A stretch of 59,740 nt of DNA, filler included, from Nitrospinae bacterium RIFCSPLOWO2_12_FULL_45_22 (lineage in GTDB: Bacteria > 2-12-FULL-45-22): NCBI GenBank assembly GCA_001803565.1. It is 4 parts of 4 records of this genome, joined end to end, with 100 filler letters (N's around TTAATTAATTAA, not from the genome) between each part and the next. Parts side by side here need not be neighbours in the genome. Positions count along the whole stretch, not along the records: positions 1 to 15,805 come from MHDQ01000278.1; positions 15,906 to 39,547 come from MHDQ01000284.1; 2 more parts are not named here. One strand, 5' to 3'. Below are positions 8,565 through 18,916 of this stretch, piece after piece; position 1 is the first letter of the stretch; every line of letters starts with the position of its first letter. Position numbers and translations under genes: made by a program. The notes beneath the pieces were generated by a model. That model was not told where the DNA came from. It was given only the letters and a program-made list of their open reading frames with translations, and did no database searches.

Positions 8565-9806
8565 CTGAAGCGAAGAGTAGTAGCAACTGGATTGGGCTTA
8601 GTAACTCCTGTAGGTACTGGCTTGCAGAAGGTGTGGGAAGCTATCTGCCAGGGGCAATCCGGTATAGATAAGATAACACGTTTTGATACCAGTGATTTCC
8701 CTTGCAGGATTGCCGGTGAAGTACGAGATTTCAATCCAGAAGACTATATTGATAAGAAAGAAGTCAAAAAGATGGATATCTTTATCCACTATGCCTTAGC
8801 GGCTGCTAGTATAGCTATGGCAGATGCTGGATTGAAGATCAGCGAAGAGCTAGCCGATAAGGCGGGAGTAATAGTGGGTGTGGGTTTAGGGGGGTTACCG
8901 GCATTGGAGCGGTATCATATTCTCCTGCAGGAAGGGGGGCCAAAAAAAATATCTCCTTTTTTTATCCCAATGATGATAGCTAATCTGGCCGCCGGGCAGG
9001 TATCTATCCACTTTGGTTTCAAAGGACCAAATTCTTGTGTAACTACGGCCTGTGCGGCTGGAGCGCATGCCATAGGGGATTCTTTGCGGCTGATCCAACG
9101 GGGTGAGGCCGAGGTTATGATAGCCGGTGGGGCAGAGTCAACTATTACTCCTTTAGCATTAGGTGGTTTTTGTGCTATGAGGGCATTAACCTTCAGGAAT
9201 GATACCCCGCAAAAGGCCAGCCGGCCCTTTGACAAAGACCGGGATGGTTTTGTCATGGGAGAGGGTGCCGGTATCCTTATATTAGAAGAGTTAGAGCACG
9301 CCTTGAGAAGGAAAGCCCGGATATATGCCGAGCTAGTAGGTTATAGTCTCTCCGCCGATGCCTATCATATTACCATGCCCGATCCAGAAGGAGGCGGGGC
9401 AGCCCGCTGTATGCAAGGGGCCTTAAAGGACGGAAATTTGCTACCCGAGGAGATAGATTATATAAATGCCCATGGCACCTCTACTCCCCTAAATGATAAA
9501 CACGAAACCATGGCCATAAAGAAGGTATTCGGAGAACATGCCTATAAATTAGCCGTCAGTTCTACTAAATCCATGACCGGCCACCTCCTGGGAGCGGCCG
9601 GGGGTATAGAGGCCATCTTTTCCATCCTCACTATCTATAATGGAATCCTCCCCCCAACTATTAACTATGAGACCTCAGACCCAGAGTGTGACCTGGACTA
9701 TGTACCCAATAAAGCCCGGAAGGCCGAGGTACGAACTGTGCTATCCAACTCCTTTGGGTTTGGCGGAACCAATGCCTGTTTGATCATTAAGCGCTTTGAA
9801 GGATAG
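8565..9806 (+). CDS. fabF: 3-oxoacyl-ACP synthase II, probable CTG start
   Basis: [52 protein letters not shown]; conserved N-terminus [10 protein letters not shown] begins at CTG 8565, upstream of the called TTG at 8592. Confidence 0.95.
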   Translation: MKRRVVATGLGLVTPVGTGLQKVWEAICQGQSGIDKITRFDTSDFPCRIAGEVRDFNPEDYIDKKEVKKMDIFIHYALAAASIAMADAGLKISEELADKAGVIVGVGLGGLPALERYHILLQEGGPKKISPFFIPMMIANLAAGQVSIHFGFKGPNSCVTTACAAGAHAIGDSLRLIQRGEAEVMIAGGAESTITPLALGGFCAMRALTFRNDTPQKASRPFDKDRDGFVMGEGAGILILEELEHALRRKARIYAELVGYSLSADAYHITMPDPEGGGAARCMQGALKDGNLLPEEIDYINAHGTSTPLNDKHETMAIKKVFGEHAYKLAVSSTKSMTGHLLGAAGGIEAIFSILTIYNGILPPTINYETSDPECDLDYVPNKARKAEVRTVLSNSFGFGGTNACLIIKRFEG

Positions 9807-9813
9807 GGCCTAA

Positions 9814-10536
9814 ATGATCCTCCAAGAAGATAGGAAGCAGGCCCTGGAGCTATTTCAGCCCTTACTGGGTTATCATTTCAAGGACTTAGCTCTATTAAAT
9901 AATTCCCTGACCCATAAATCCTTTGCTCATGAGCAGGGAGAAGAGACCCAGGATAACGAAAGATTAGAGTTCCTGGGAGATACGGTACTCAATCTGATTA
10001 TTAGCCATTATCTACTGGATAAATTCCCTCATTATGCCGAAGGGGATCTAACCAAGATACGGGCCGCTATCGTCAATAACATCAGCCTGGCCAGAATGGC
10101 CCAGCAGATACAGTTGGGTGATTTTATCCTCTTGAGTAAGGGGGAGGAGCGCAGTGGTGGCCAGCATAAGCCTTCTATCCTGGCGGGCTGTCTTGAGGCC
10201 CTAATAGCAGCCCTTTATTTAGAAGTGGGCCTGGAGAAGGCTTCCAGTATCTTTTTTCACTGTTGGCAAAATAGGATAGAAGAGATTATTATCAGCAATG
10301 GGTCAGAAGATTATAAGAGTATTCTCCAGGAATTTATCCAGCGGGAATTGGCCTGCATGCCTGTCTATCAAGTGGTAGGTGATAGTGGGCCAGAGCACCG
10401 GAAAATGTTTGAAGTAGTACTAAGTATTAAGGGCCAGATATATAGCAGCGGTACAGGCCGGAGCAAAAAGGAGGCTGAACAAGAAGCAGCTATGCTGGCC
10501 TTAGAAAGCTTCCAGAAAGAAAGCCCCCCCTTTTAA
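9814..10536 (+). CDS. rnc: Ribonuclease III
   Basis: NERLEFLGDTVL signature; C-terminal dsRBD (DYKSILQE...GPEHRKMF...GRSKKEAEQEAA). Confidence 0.96.
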   Translation: MILQEDRKQALELFQPLLGYHFKDLALLNNSLTHKSFAHEQGEETQDNERLEFLGDTVLNLIISHYLLDKFPHYAEGDLTKIRAAIVNNISLARMAQQIQLGDFILLSKGEERSGGQHKPSILAGCLEALIAALYLEVGLEKASSIFFHCWQNRIEEIIISNGSEDYKSILQEFIQRELACMPVYQVVGDSGPEHRKMFEVVLSIKGQIYSSGTGRSKKEAEQEAAMLALESFQKESPPF

Positions 10537-10584
10537 AGCCCGGCATTATCACCTTCTTCATGCCCCGGATGGAAAGGGGCGTAA

Positions 10585-11490
<906 letters not shown>

Positions 11491-11491
<1 letters not shown>

Positions 11492-13140
11492 TGATTATGG
11501 CAGACGAGGCAGTTGTAAGCAACTATGCTGGAATAAGTTTTTATGAAGAGAAGGGGCGTTATAGTGGACTCCTCTCCTGGGTTTTTTCAACTAACCACAA
11601 AAGGATCGGGTTGCTTTACCTGATTTCCATGCTCACTTTCTTCGCCACTGGCGTATTCCTCGGGTTATTGCTGAGACTGGAATTAATTGCACCCGGGAAA
11701 ACAATTATGGAACCCCAAACCTATAATGCAATCTTCACCCTCCATGGGGTAATAATGATATTTTTGTTTATCATACCCGGGCTGGCAGCGCCTTTTGGAA
11801 ATTTTTTCCTGCCCATACTGATAGGGGCAAAAGATGTATTCTTCCCCAGGCTGAACCTGCTCTCCTGGTGGCTTTTTATCAGTGGGGCAATTTTGGCCAT
11901 AATATCTCTTTTCACTCGTGGTGGACCCATTGATACCGGCTGGACGTTCTATGCGCCATACAGCATCAAGACTGGGACAAATGTTTCTCTGGCCGTTTTT
12001 GCCGTATTTCTTATTGGTTTTTCCTCAATACTTACCGGGCTGAATTTCCTGACAACAATACACCGGCTCAGGGCACCAGGGATGAAGTGGCTCCGCTTAC
12101 CACTTTTTGTCTGGTCCCTCTATGCCACGGGTTGGATACAGATTCTTGCCACGCCAATTATAGGTATTACCTTGTTGCTGGTAATACTAGAAAGATTTTT
12201 CGGGGTCGGATTCTTTGATCCGGCTAAGGGTGGCGACCCCATATTGTACCAGCATCTATTCTGGATATATTCGCACCCCGCAGTCTACATTATGATCATC
12301 CCTGCGATGGGCGTCATCTCTGAAATAATCCCTGTTTTTGCCAGAAAAACAATTTTTGGGTACAAAGCCATTGCCTTTTCCAGCCTTGCCATAGCGCTGG
12401 TAGGGTCTTTAGTATGGGGGCATCATATGTTTGTCAGTGGACAAAGTTATACCGCCGACTGGATTTTCTCTTTGCTTACTTTTCTAGTTGCAATACCAAG
12501 CGGGATAAAAGTTTTTAACTGGGTAGCGACCTTATATAAGGGCTCCATAGAACTCGCAACCCCTCTTCTATATGCCCTTTCGTTTATTTTTCTATTCTCT
12601 ATTGGTGGACTATCCGGGGTAATCCAAAGCGCCTTAGCAGTAAATGTACATCTGCACGATACCTATTGGATTGTTGCCCATTTTCACTACGTAATGTTTG
12701 GGGGGGCAGGGTTTGCCTTTTTTGCTGCTTTGCATCATTGGTTCCCGAAGATGTTTGGCAGGATGTATAACAGAAGGCGGGCAAAATGGGCCTGGTTTAT
12801 TCTATTCATCGGCTTTAACACCCTCTATCTCCCTATGTTTATCCTTGGGTGGCAGGGTATGCCCCGGAGATATTATGACTACCTCCCACAATTTCATACT
12901 GGACATTTGATTTCTACTATCGGTTCCTGGATACTTGTCTCAGGTCTGATTTTAATGTTTGCTAATTTAATCCATGCCTTTTTTAAGGGTGTAAAAGCAG
13001 ATAATAATCCCTGGGGTGGCTCTACCCTGGAATGGCAGATAGCATCTCCGCCGCCGCCAGACAATTTTGACCAGATACCACTGATAGAACATGGGCCTTA
13101 TATATTTGGGACGCAGATTTTCGCAGATTCACGCGGATAG
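11491..13140 (+). CDS. ctaD: Cytochrome c oxidase subunit I, type A2
   Basis: HKRIG, TLHGVIM, GWTFYAP, WIYSHPAVY (YS motif), VWGHHMF, HDTYWIVAHFHY, GMPRRY. Confidence 0.96.
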
Positions 13141-13280
13141 CTAGAATACAGGAGTCAGTAGTCAGCATTCAGAAGGGAAGGTGATTGTTCCGTTCATACT
13201 GGCTTCTGGATTCTGACTCCTGTATTCCCTAAGCAGTATGATCTGCGTCGGGTACCCACGGAGTGGGTGTGCATCCAAAA
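13108..13280. repeat. Nested element G: outer CGCAGAT-type arms, inner heptamer hairpin, and a small palindrome
   Basis: 13144-13158 gaatacaggagtcag is the exact reverse complement of 13213-13227; outer acgcagatt ttcgcagat tcacgcggat ... atctgcgtc; acccac-gga-gtgggt inside the right arm. Confidence 0.85.
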
Positions 13281-13320
13281 GGGCAATTCCTATGCTATGA
13301 ACTTAAAGGAAGGCGCTAAA

Positions 13321-13923
13321 ATGAGTGATGAAAGACATAGGGATTATGCTGGTGCAAAAATAGGGATGTGGCTGTTCCTCTTTACCGAGATACTCCTTTT
13401 TGGAGGGATGTTTTTACTCTATTCCGTCTATCGCTTAAAGCACCCGCAGGATTTTCATAATGCTGCCGGGGAACTAAACACAATAATAGGCGCTCTAAAC
13501 ACCCTTATCCTTATTACCAGCAGCTTAACCATGGCCCTCTCCATTTCGGCCACCCAGAAAGGACACAAGAAATTATCTACCCTGTTCCTGGTTTTAACTA
13601 TCCTTTTAGGTACTGCATTTCTGGTAGACAAATACTTTGAATGGGGTGCCAAATTCCATCATGGTATTTATCCCAATTCTCCTGAACTTTTAACGTACAC
13701 CAAAGGCAAGGTGCTTTTTTATGGACTCTATTTTGTAATGACTGGTTTCCATGGGCTACATGTGCTTATTGGAGTGCTTATACTTTCAGTGATGTTAGTT
13801 TTAGTCATGAAAACAAAAATCCATAAGACAGATTTTATTAAACTAGAAAATTCTGGCTTGTACTGGCACATGGTTGATATAATCTGGATTTTTCTCTTCC
13901 CCCTCTTTTATTTAATAACCTAG
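13321..13923 (+). CDS. ctaE: Cytochrome c oxidase subunit III
   Basis: GMWLFLFTEILLFGG, NTLILITSS, TGFHGLHV, GLYWHMVDIIW. Confidence 0.94.
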   Translation: MSDERHRDYAGAKIGMWLFLFTEILLFGGMFLLYSVYRLKHPQDFHNAAGELNTIIGALNTLILITSSLTMALSISATQKGHKKLSTLFLVLTILLGTAFLVDKYFEWGAKFHHGIYPNSPELLTYTKGKVLFYGLYFVMTGFHGLHVLIGVLILSVMLVLVMKTKIHKTDFIKLENSGLYWHMVDIIWIFLFPLFYLIT

Positions 13924-14009
13924 CCGCACCGGCTTACGGTGCCAGTAACTATTGGCATCGCAAGGCGATGCTGCTACGATGAATGGGAGAAATGATAAAG
14001 GAGATGACA

Positions 14010-14300
14010 ATGGACCAAAAAGAGACACAGTATCATATTGTAAACTATGGAACTTATATGCTGGTGTGGATCGGTTTGGTAATCCTGACAGGAATTACTA
14101 TTACAGCAGGAAGTATGAATTTAGGGGGCTTAAGTATCTTAACCCCATTGCTCATTGCCTTGTTAAAAGCGGGATTGGTACTCTATTTTTTCATGCACCT
14201 CAAATATGAGGAAGACATTTTTCAAATTATATTGCTTTTCCCGGTGATAATACTAACCATATTCATCGGGCTTACCTTCTTCGATATCTCTTTCAGGTAG
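14010..14300 (+). CDS. Cytochrome c oxidase subunit IV (caa3-type)
   Basis: Three TM helices; IALLKAGLVLYFFMHLKYE motif; AAGGAG upstream. Confidence 0.9.
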   Translation: MDQKETQYHIVNYGTYMLVWIGLVILTGITITAGSMNLGGLSILTPLLIALLKAGLVLYFFMHLKYEEDIFQIILLFPVIILTIFIGLTFFDISFR

Positions 14301-14309
14301 GGCTAGGTC

Positions 14310-15230
14310 ATGATTTCTGGGTATTCTAATTTGGCAGATACGGTAAGCAGTGTTTTTCTGTTTATTGGTGGGATATGCGTTGCTCTCCTGGTGTTGATTA
14401 CCTTTTTTATGCTCTATTTTGTAATAAAATACAATAGGAAAAAAAACATTCCCCCAGTTAATATTGAGGGGAATACATTTCTGGAAATCACCTGGACAAT
14501 AATACCTACCATTCTGGTGCTGGTGATGTTTTATTATGGCTGGACGGGGTATAAGGTAATGAGAGTTGTGCCAGAAGACGCCATGGTTGTGAAGGTAACA
14601 GCCCGGATGTGGTCCTGGCTCTTTGAATATGAAAACGGGACACAGAGCGATGTATTAAATCTCCCGGTTGGAAAACCGGTAAAGTTGCTGCTGTCTTCAC
14701 AGGATGTGATACACAGTTTTTATATCCCTGCATTCAGGATAAAACAGGATGTTGTCCCAGGAATGGAAACCTACGCGTGGTTTACACCTGCTGAGTTAGG
14801 CCCATATGATGTCTTTTGTGCTGAATATTGTGGCCTGCGGCACTCATACATGCTGGCAAAGGCTGAGGTAATGCCCGAGGAGAAATTCAATGAGTGGTAT
14901 AGCAAAGAAATACCAACGGAGAAAATAGCCAAAAAAGAACCCCTGGGATTGGAACTTATAAAGGCTAAAGGATGTGATGGGTGCCATACCAGAGATGGTT
15001 CTCCCTTGTTGGGACCAACATTCAAAGGAGTATTCGGAAGGAAGGAGAAGGTTCTGACGGGCACTAAAGAGAGAGAGATTATGGTAGATGAAGAATATAT
15101 ACGGAAATCAATGTTAGAACCCATGGCTGATCAAGTAGCAGGATTCCCGCCAATTATGCCATCCCAAAAAGGTTTACTAACCGAGGCTGAGATTGCAGAG
15201 ATAATAAAATATTTGAAGGAATTGAAATAA
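14310..15230 (+). CDS. ctaC: Cytochrome c oxidase subunit II with C-terminal cytochrome c domain
   Basis: LEITWTIIP, DVIHSF, CAEYCGLRHSYM (CuA), CDGCH (heme c). Confidence 0.95.
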   Translation: MISGYSNLADTVSSVFLFIGGICVALLVLITFFMLYFVIKYNRKKNIPPVNIEGNTFLEITWTIIPTILVLVMFYYGWTGYKVMRVVPEDAMVVKVTARMWSWLFEYENGTQSDVLNLPVGKPVKLLLSSQDVIHSFYIPAFRIKQDVVPGMETYAWFTPAELGPYDVFCAEYCGLRHSYMLAKAEVMPEEKFNEWYSKEIPTEKIAKKEPLGLELIKAKGCDGCHTRDGSPLLGPTFKGVFGRKEKVLTGTKEREIMVDEEYIRKSMLEPMADQVAGFPPIMPSQKGLLTEAEIAEIIKYLKELK

Positions 15231-15234
15231 AAGT

Positions 15235-15805
15235 ATGAGGATACAGAAAATAGGATACAGGAAACAATTGACATTAGAGGAGTTTGGAGATTTAGTTGTT
15301 TGGCAAAAAGTGCGCCAACCTTATCCCCCCCTTTATCCTGTTTTCTATACCCTGTATTCTAAGATCAAAATATTCTTCGAGCTGAGCAAAGTAAAGATAT
15401 CGCTCCTGGCGGCTCTATCTACTGCCACGGGTTTTATCCTTGCTACTGATGGATTATTAGCCGAAATAATTATTCCGACACTAGGAATTTTTTTGCTCGC
15501 ATGTGGCGCCTCTGCGCTAAATCAATATCAGGACAGAAAAATAGACGCATTGATGGATAGGACAAAACTGCGGCCAATACCCTCAGGAAAAGTGCCGCCA
15601 TTCAGGGCTTTATTTGTTGCATTATTACTGATCTTTGCTGGCTCCTTAATACTTTTCTCTGGCTCTACCTTAGCGGTATTGGGTTTAGGGGTCTTCGCAG
15701 TCTTATGGTATAACGGCGTCTATACCTATCTTAAAAGAAGGAGTACCTTTGCGGTGTTACCCGGTGCCCTGATTGGTGCGATACCCCCAGCTATAGGCTG
15801 GGTAG
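15235..15805 (+). CDS. ctaB: Protoheme IX farnesyltransferase, 3'-truncated by the contig end; N-terminal ~42 aa repeat-derived
   Basis: ASALNQYQDRKIDALMDRTKLRPIPSG, YTYLKRRS, GAIPPAIGW. Confidence 0.92.
15238..15360. repeat. Heptamer inverted-repeat element H enclosing a four-helix-bundle-like peptide remnant
   Basis: aggatac agaaaat aggatac aggaaac ... ttatcct gttttct ataccct gtattct; the loop reads FGDLVVWQKVR (15283-15315). Confidence 0.75.
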
Positions 15806-15905
15806 NNNNNNNNNNNNNNNNNNNNNNNNNNNNNNNNNNNNNNNNNNNNTTAATTAATTAANNNNNNNNNNNNNNNNNNNNNNNNNNNNNNNNNNNNNNN
15901 NNNNN
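15806..15905. other. Artificial contig linker
   Basis: 100 nt of N with a central TTAATTAATTAA (stops in all six frames). Confidence 0.97.
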
Positions 15906-15919
15906 CTATATTCAACTAT

Positions 15920-16009
15920 TCAACCCGACTTTGACGTTACCCTGCGGACTATCTCTAAAAGGGTATTCTTAGCCTTAGTTATCGGTATATAATCTTGAAT
16001 TTCTTTCAT
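15920..16009 (-). pseudogene. Truncated Phd/YefM-family antitoxin (MKEIQDYIPITKAKNTLLEIVRRVTSKSG*)
   Basis: Translated by hand; GGGAGGG SD; IPITKAKNTLLEIVRRV matches the Phd/YefM N-terminal pattern; ends in a ttgaatag ttgaatat repeat. Confidence 0.6.
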
Positions 16010-16093
16010 GGCATACCCTCCCTTAATGGCCATTTTTCTGGCTATGATAATAGATTTTACCATTAAATCAAGGATTTTATCAAATTTAGTTCC

Positions 16094-16723
16094 TTGATGA
16101 TATTGCGATATTTAAGGGAAGAAGGGTTTGGCCCTTTTCTGGCAAGGGGTATTAAGGAGCTGGTATCTCCTATATTCTTGTCTCAGAGGGAGATCTTTCT
16201 GGAGAGGTTTCTCTGTCCCGGGATGGAGGTACTGAAGCCAGGGATTAGTGTAACATTTAAGGAGGCCGCTGGCGATGAACTATCCCTGGTGGAGAAGGCT
16301 ATGTACCGGGATGGGGATAAGGTTCGGGAATGGGTAGCGCAAGGGAAAAAGTGTTTTATAGCCAGGGTAGGAGAAGAGCTGGCCCACTATAGTTGGTTGA
16401 GCTTTCAGGAGGAATATATAGATAAATTGAGAAAGACAGCCAGATTTGCTGAAGATGAGGGGTATATCCATACCTGCCGCACCTTGACTCCCTTTCGTGG
16501 CAAGGGTATCTGGCCTTTTGTTTTGGGCAAGATCTGTGAATATCTATTAGCAAAGGGTTATTCCAGGGTCCTTATTTGTGTGGAGCCCCAAAATAATGCC
16601 TCCATTAAAGCCATTGAAAAAGCCGGTTTTAGGAGGACCGGAGAGGTAAAATATTGGAGATTAGTAGGTTTTTCAAGGTATGATTACAATGGGACAAAGG
16701 TAAGATGCTTGGAGACAGATTAA
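16094..16723 (+). CDS. GNAT family acetyltransferase
   Basis: YIHTCRTLTPFRGKGIW (motif A), NNASIKAIEKAGF. Confidence 0.88.
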   Translation: MMILRYLREEGFGPFLARGIKELVSPIFLSQREIFLERFLCPGMEVLKPGISVTFKEAAGDELSLVEKAMYRDGDKVREWVAQGKKCFIARVGEELAHYSWLSFQEEYIDKLRKTARFAEDEGYIHTCRTLTPFRGKGIWPFVLGKICEYLLAKGYSRVLICVEPQNNASIKAIEKAGFRRTGEVKYWRLVGFSRYDYNGTKVRCLETD

Positions 16724-16943
16724 AGGAAGTGAATAAGAAGGATGGATTGGAAGTGCTGGAGTATGCGGGGGATGGGAGGGACCCATAAAAATCAAGTAAG
16801 GATTTCTTCCTGATAGGTTTAAGGACAGCATGATCTCCCACTACTGTGAAAACAACCGAATCGCCCTCTTTAATGACCAGGGCATTTCGGACCTCTTTCG
16901 GGGTGGTCACCTGTCCTTTAAAGGTCACCTTTGCCTGGGGCAT
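16629..16943 (-). CDS. AbrB/MazE-family antitoxin, orphan; low-complexity C-terminal read-through overlapping the GNAT gene
   Basis: AKVTFKGQVTTPKEVRNALVIKEGDSVVF; GGAGG SD; no toxin downstream. Confidence 0.75.
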   Translation of the reverse strand: MPQAKVTFKGQVTTPKEVRNALVIKEGDSVVFTVVGDHAVLKPIRKKSLLDFYGSLPSPAYSSTSNPSFLFTSFNLSPSILPLSHCNHTLKNLLISNILPLRSS

Positions 16944-17053
16944 AATATTACCTCCTTTCATATTCATTACCAATGAATATTAGCATTACTTTCATCCCAT
17001 AGAGGGAATTAGTAAAGTTGGGCAAATAGTTCAATAGGGGGAAGGATTTGGAT

Positions 17054-17428
17054 CTATTCAATAAATGCAAAATCAGAGATATTACTCGTCACAAGGCGAA
17101 GATCCTTAGCCCAGGCTGTGGCAGCAATAAGGGCGTCAGCCTTAAAGAGACCCCGGGGGCGATATTTACTAAGCAGTATGTCGTAGCACTCGAGAATGCG
17201 ATCATCAAGGTTTACCTGGCGCATTCTCGTTAAGAGTTTGGCAATAGCTTGAGCCTCTGATTTTTTGAGCCCCCGTTTGCTGTAAAGCTCCTTTTTAGAG
17301 ATTGAAGCGTAATAGAAGATGAAGGATTGTTGATAGGGAAGAGAGGAGTAACCGGGAATATGCCTCAAAATGTTGATAAGCACATCAGTATCCAAAAGGA
17401 ATCTTCCCCTAGCGGAACCCAACCTCAT
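17054..17428 (-). CDS. vapC: PIN-domain (VapC-like) toxin
   Basis: FLLDTDVLI ... KKEL ... ADALIAATA ... LVTSNISDF; ATGA overlap with the upstream HTH gene. Confidence 0.88.
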   Translation of the reverse strand: MRLGSARGRFLLDTDVLINILRHIPGYSSLPYQQSFIFYYASISKKELYSKRGLKKSEAQAIAKLLTRMRQVNLDDRILECYDILLSKYRPRGLFKADALIAATAWAKDLRLVTSNISDFAFIE

Positions 17429-17733
17429 TCAGTGGCTTTGACCTCAGCGAGGAACTCTTCCCTGGTTTTTTCAGTCCCATCGGGGTTAAGCTCCGAGCTA
17501 CGCCGTATTTCCCGGACATATGCAGGGGCATCCTCAACATCAGCGAAGATTTTCAGGCTGCCAAATCCCAACTCATCTATTGCCGATTCAGGAATTAAAT
17601 ATCTGCGGCCAATCTTGATAGCCCGAAGTTCTCCTCGACGGATCATTGACCTTACTCCTCCAGGGCTACAATGGAGAAGCTTGGCAACCGCTTCTACGGG
17701 ATATGTTACTTCATACTTGGCTTTAAGCGACAT
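17425..17733 (-). CDS. Excisionase-like HTH protein, probable antitoxin
   Basis: YPVEAVAKLLHCS..GVRSMIRRGELRAIKIGRRYLIPESAI (MerR/Xis-like HTH_17 pattern); translationally coupled to the PIN gene. Confidence 0.8.
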   Translation of the reverse strand: MSLKAKYEVTYPVEAVAKLLHCSPGGVRSMIRRGELRAIKIGRRYLIPESAIDELGFGSLKIFADVEDAPAYVREIRRSSELNPDGTEKTREEFLAEVKATE

Positions 17734-18320
17734 AAATCCTCCTCTTTCTATTTTTACATGAGTAATATTTTATTAAATAATTAATGTCAATAACAAAATT
17801 TACAGTAAAAACATTATTAAACGCCCTGGCCATAAAAGAACCTCTAAACCAGGTAATAATATCATCAAATAGTTGGACCAGCGATAGTTCAAAAATAGAT
17901 CAAAATTCCCGCAACTTTCCCTATTAAACTCACTAAACGCTAACCCCTATCCGCTATATGCTATCCAGTGAGAAGGTTGATATTGATAGAAATACCCCCG
18001 GTCCCAGGAGAAGAATTTAACCAGTTTGGATTTCAGGATATCTTTTACCAGAGAGGCATCTTCGGTCTTCTGTCCCTTATCAAAATCACTTGCCCTGGCC
18101 TTTGGAAGACGATCTTACTATAGTCCAGATAAGTGAATGGAAAGCCTAAGAAGGATTGCGCTCCGTTATTGAGAGGGGAGAAATATACGTTATCTTTGCC
18201 GCCGCTGTTCTTTTGGAAAAGGCAGACAAATTGGGTAAACATAAACGATCTCTTCTTTATTATATCTAAACCCATATAACCAGATCTACGGCCAATAACT
18301 CAGTATGCGATACGAATGTA

Positions 18321-18839
18321 ATGCATGCCAATAACGCTGCTAGCGCCATAAACGCTATGAACCTAATAATTCCACCAACTCCCTTAGAATTACCCCGGCT
18401 CTATTATTCCCAAACCCCTCCGGCTGCTCCAGGCGCCACAAACGCCACAAACGCAATGAACGCCATAAACTCAACCAGCGCCATTCACGGTATAAGCGCA
18501 AATAAATTATTATAAAACTCAACCATCAAATAACCTGGGATACCATATTGAAGGACGGGAAGCATGCCGACCTCGCCCCCCCTCCTTTACTATATAATGA
18601 AATCCTACCAATTGACTGACAACTGTCGACTGATGACTGACGACTTTACCTCCGCCAACACCATAAACTCAATGAATGCAATATACGCATCACTCAAAAA
18701 ACACTATTACGATAACCTGGTCAGGAACATGCTCTTTTACGATGAGCTGGATAGGGTCTTAAGGGGCTTTAAGAATAGAGGTATTAAGGAAGATGAGGAT
18801 GAGATCAGCAAGAGGCTACAAGCCCTCGGGTATATATAA
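18321..18839 (+). pseudogene. Decayed paralogue of the 23208-24287 nucleotidyltransferase, interrupted by 9-mer repeats and fused to an LQALGYI tail
   Basis: TPLELPRLYYS vs TPLELLNLYYS; PLLYYIMK vs PLLFYVITK; LKKHYYDNLVRNMLFYDEL vs LQKYYQNSLKRNIILLEEL; split by a stop. Confidence 0.75.
18332..18500 (+). repeat. Degenerate 9-mer tandem repeats (AACGCNATN), recurring at ~18657-18690 and ~23179-23220
   Basis: aacgccaca aacgcaatg aacgccata aactcaacc agcgccatt. Confidence 0.8.
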
Positions 18840-18916
18840 ACACGATGCAAGATAGATTAAGGCTGAACAAAAACCCTTTTTCACCCATATCTAACGCTTA
18901 ACCTCAACCAACAGTT

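Noticed and set aside
15283-15315. Diversity-generating retroelement suggested by the Avd-like remnant
   Set aside because: No reverse transcriptase and no template/variable repeat pair differing at adenines was seen
15806-15905. TTAATTAATTAA palindrome repeated three times in the window (also 39548-39647 and 52676-52775)
   Set aside because: Identical 100-nt N-padded six-frame-stop linkers are an assembly concatenation artefact; ORFs reading into them and gene adjacency across them are not meaningful
17960-18290. 76-aa minus-strand ORF (18045-18275) and interrupted plus-strand frames
   Set aside because: No recognisable motif; probably decayed sequence that cannot be assigned without a search
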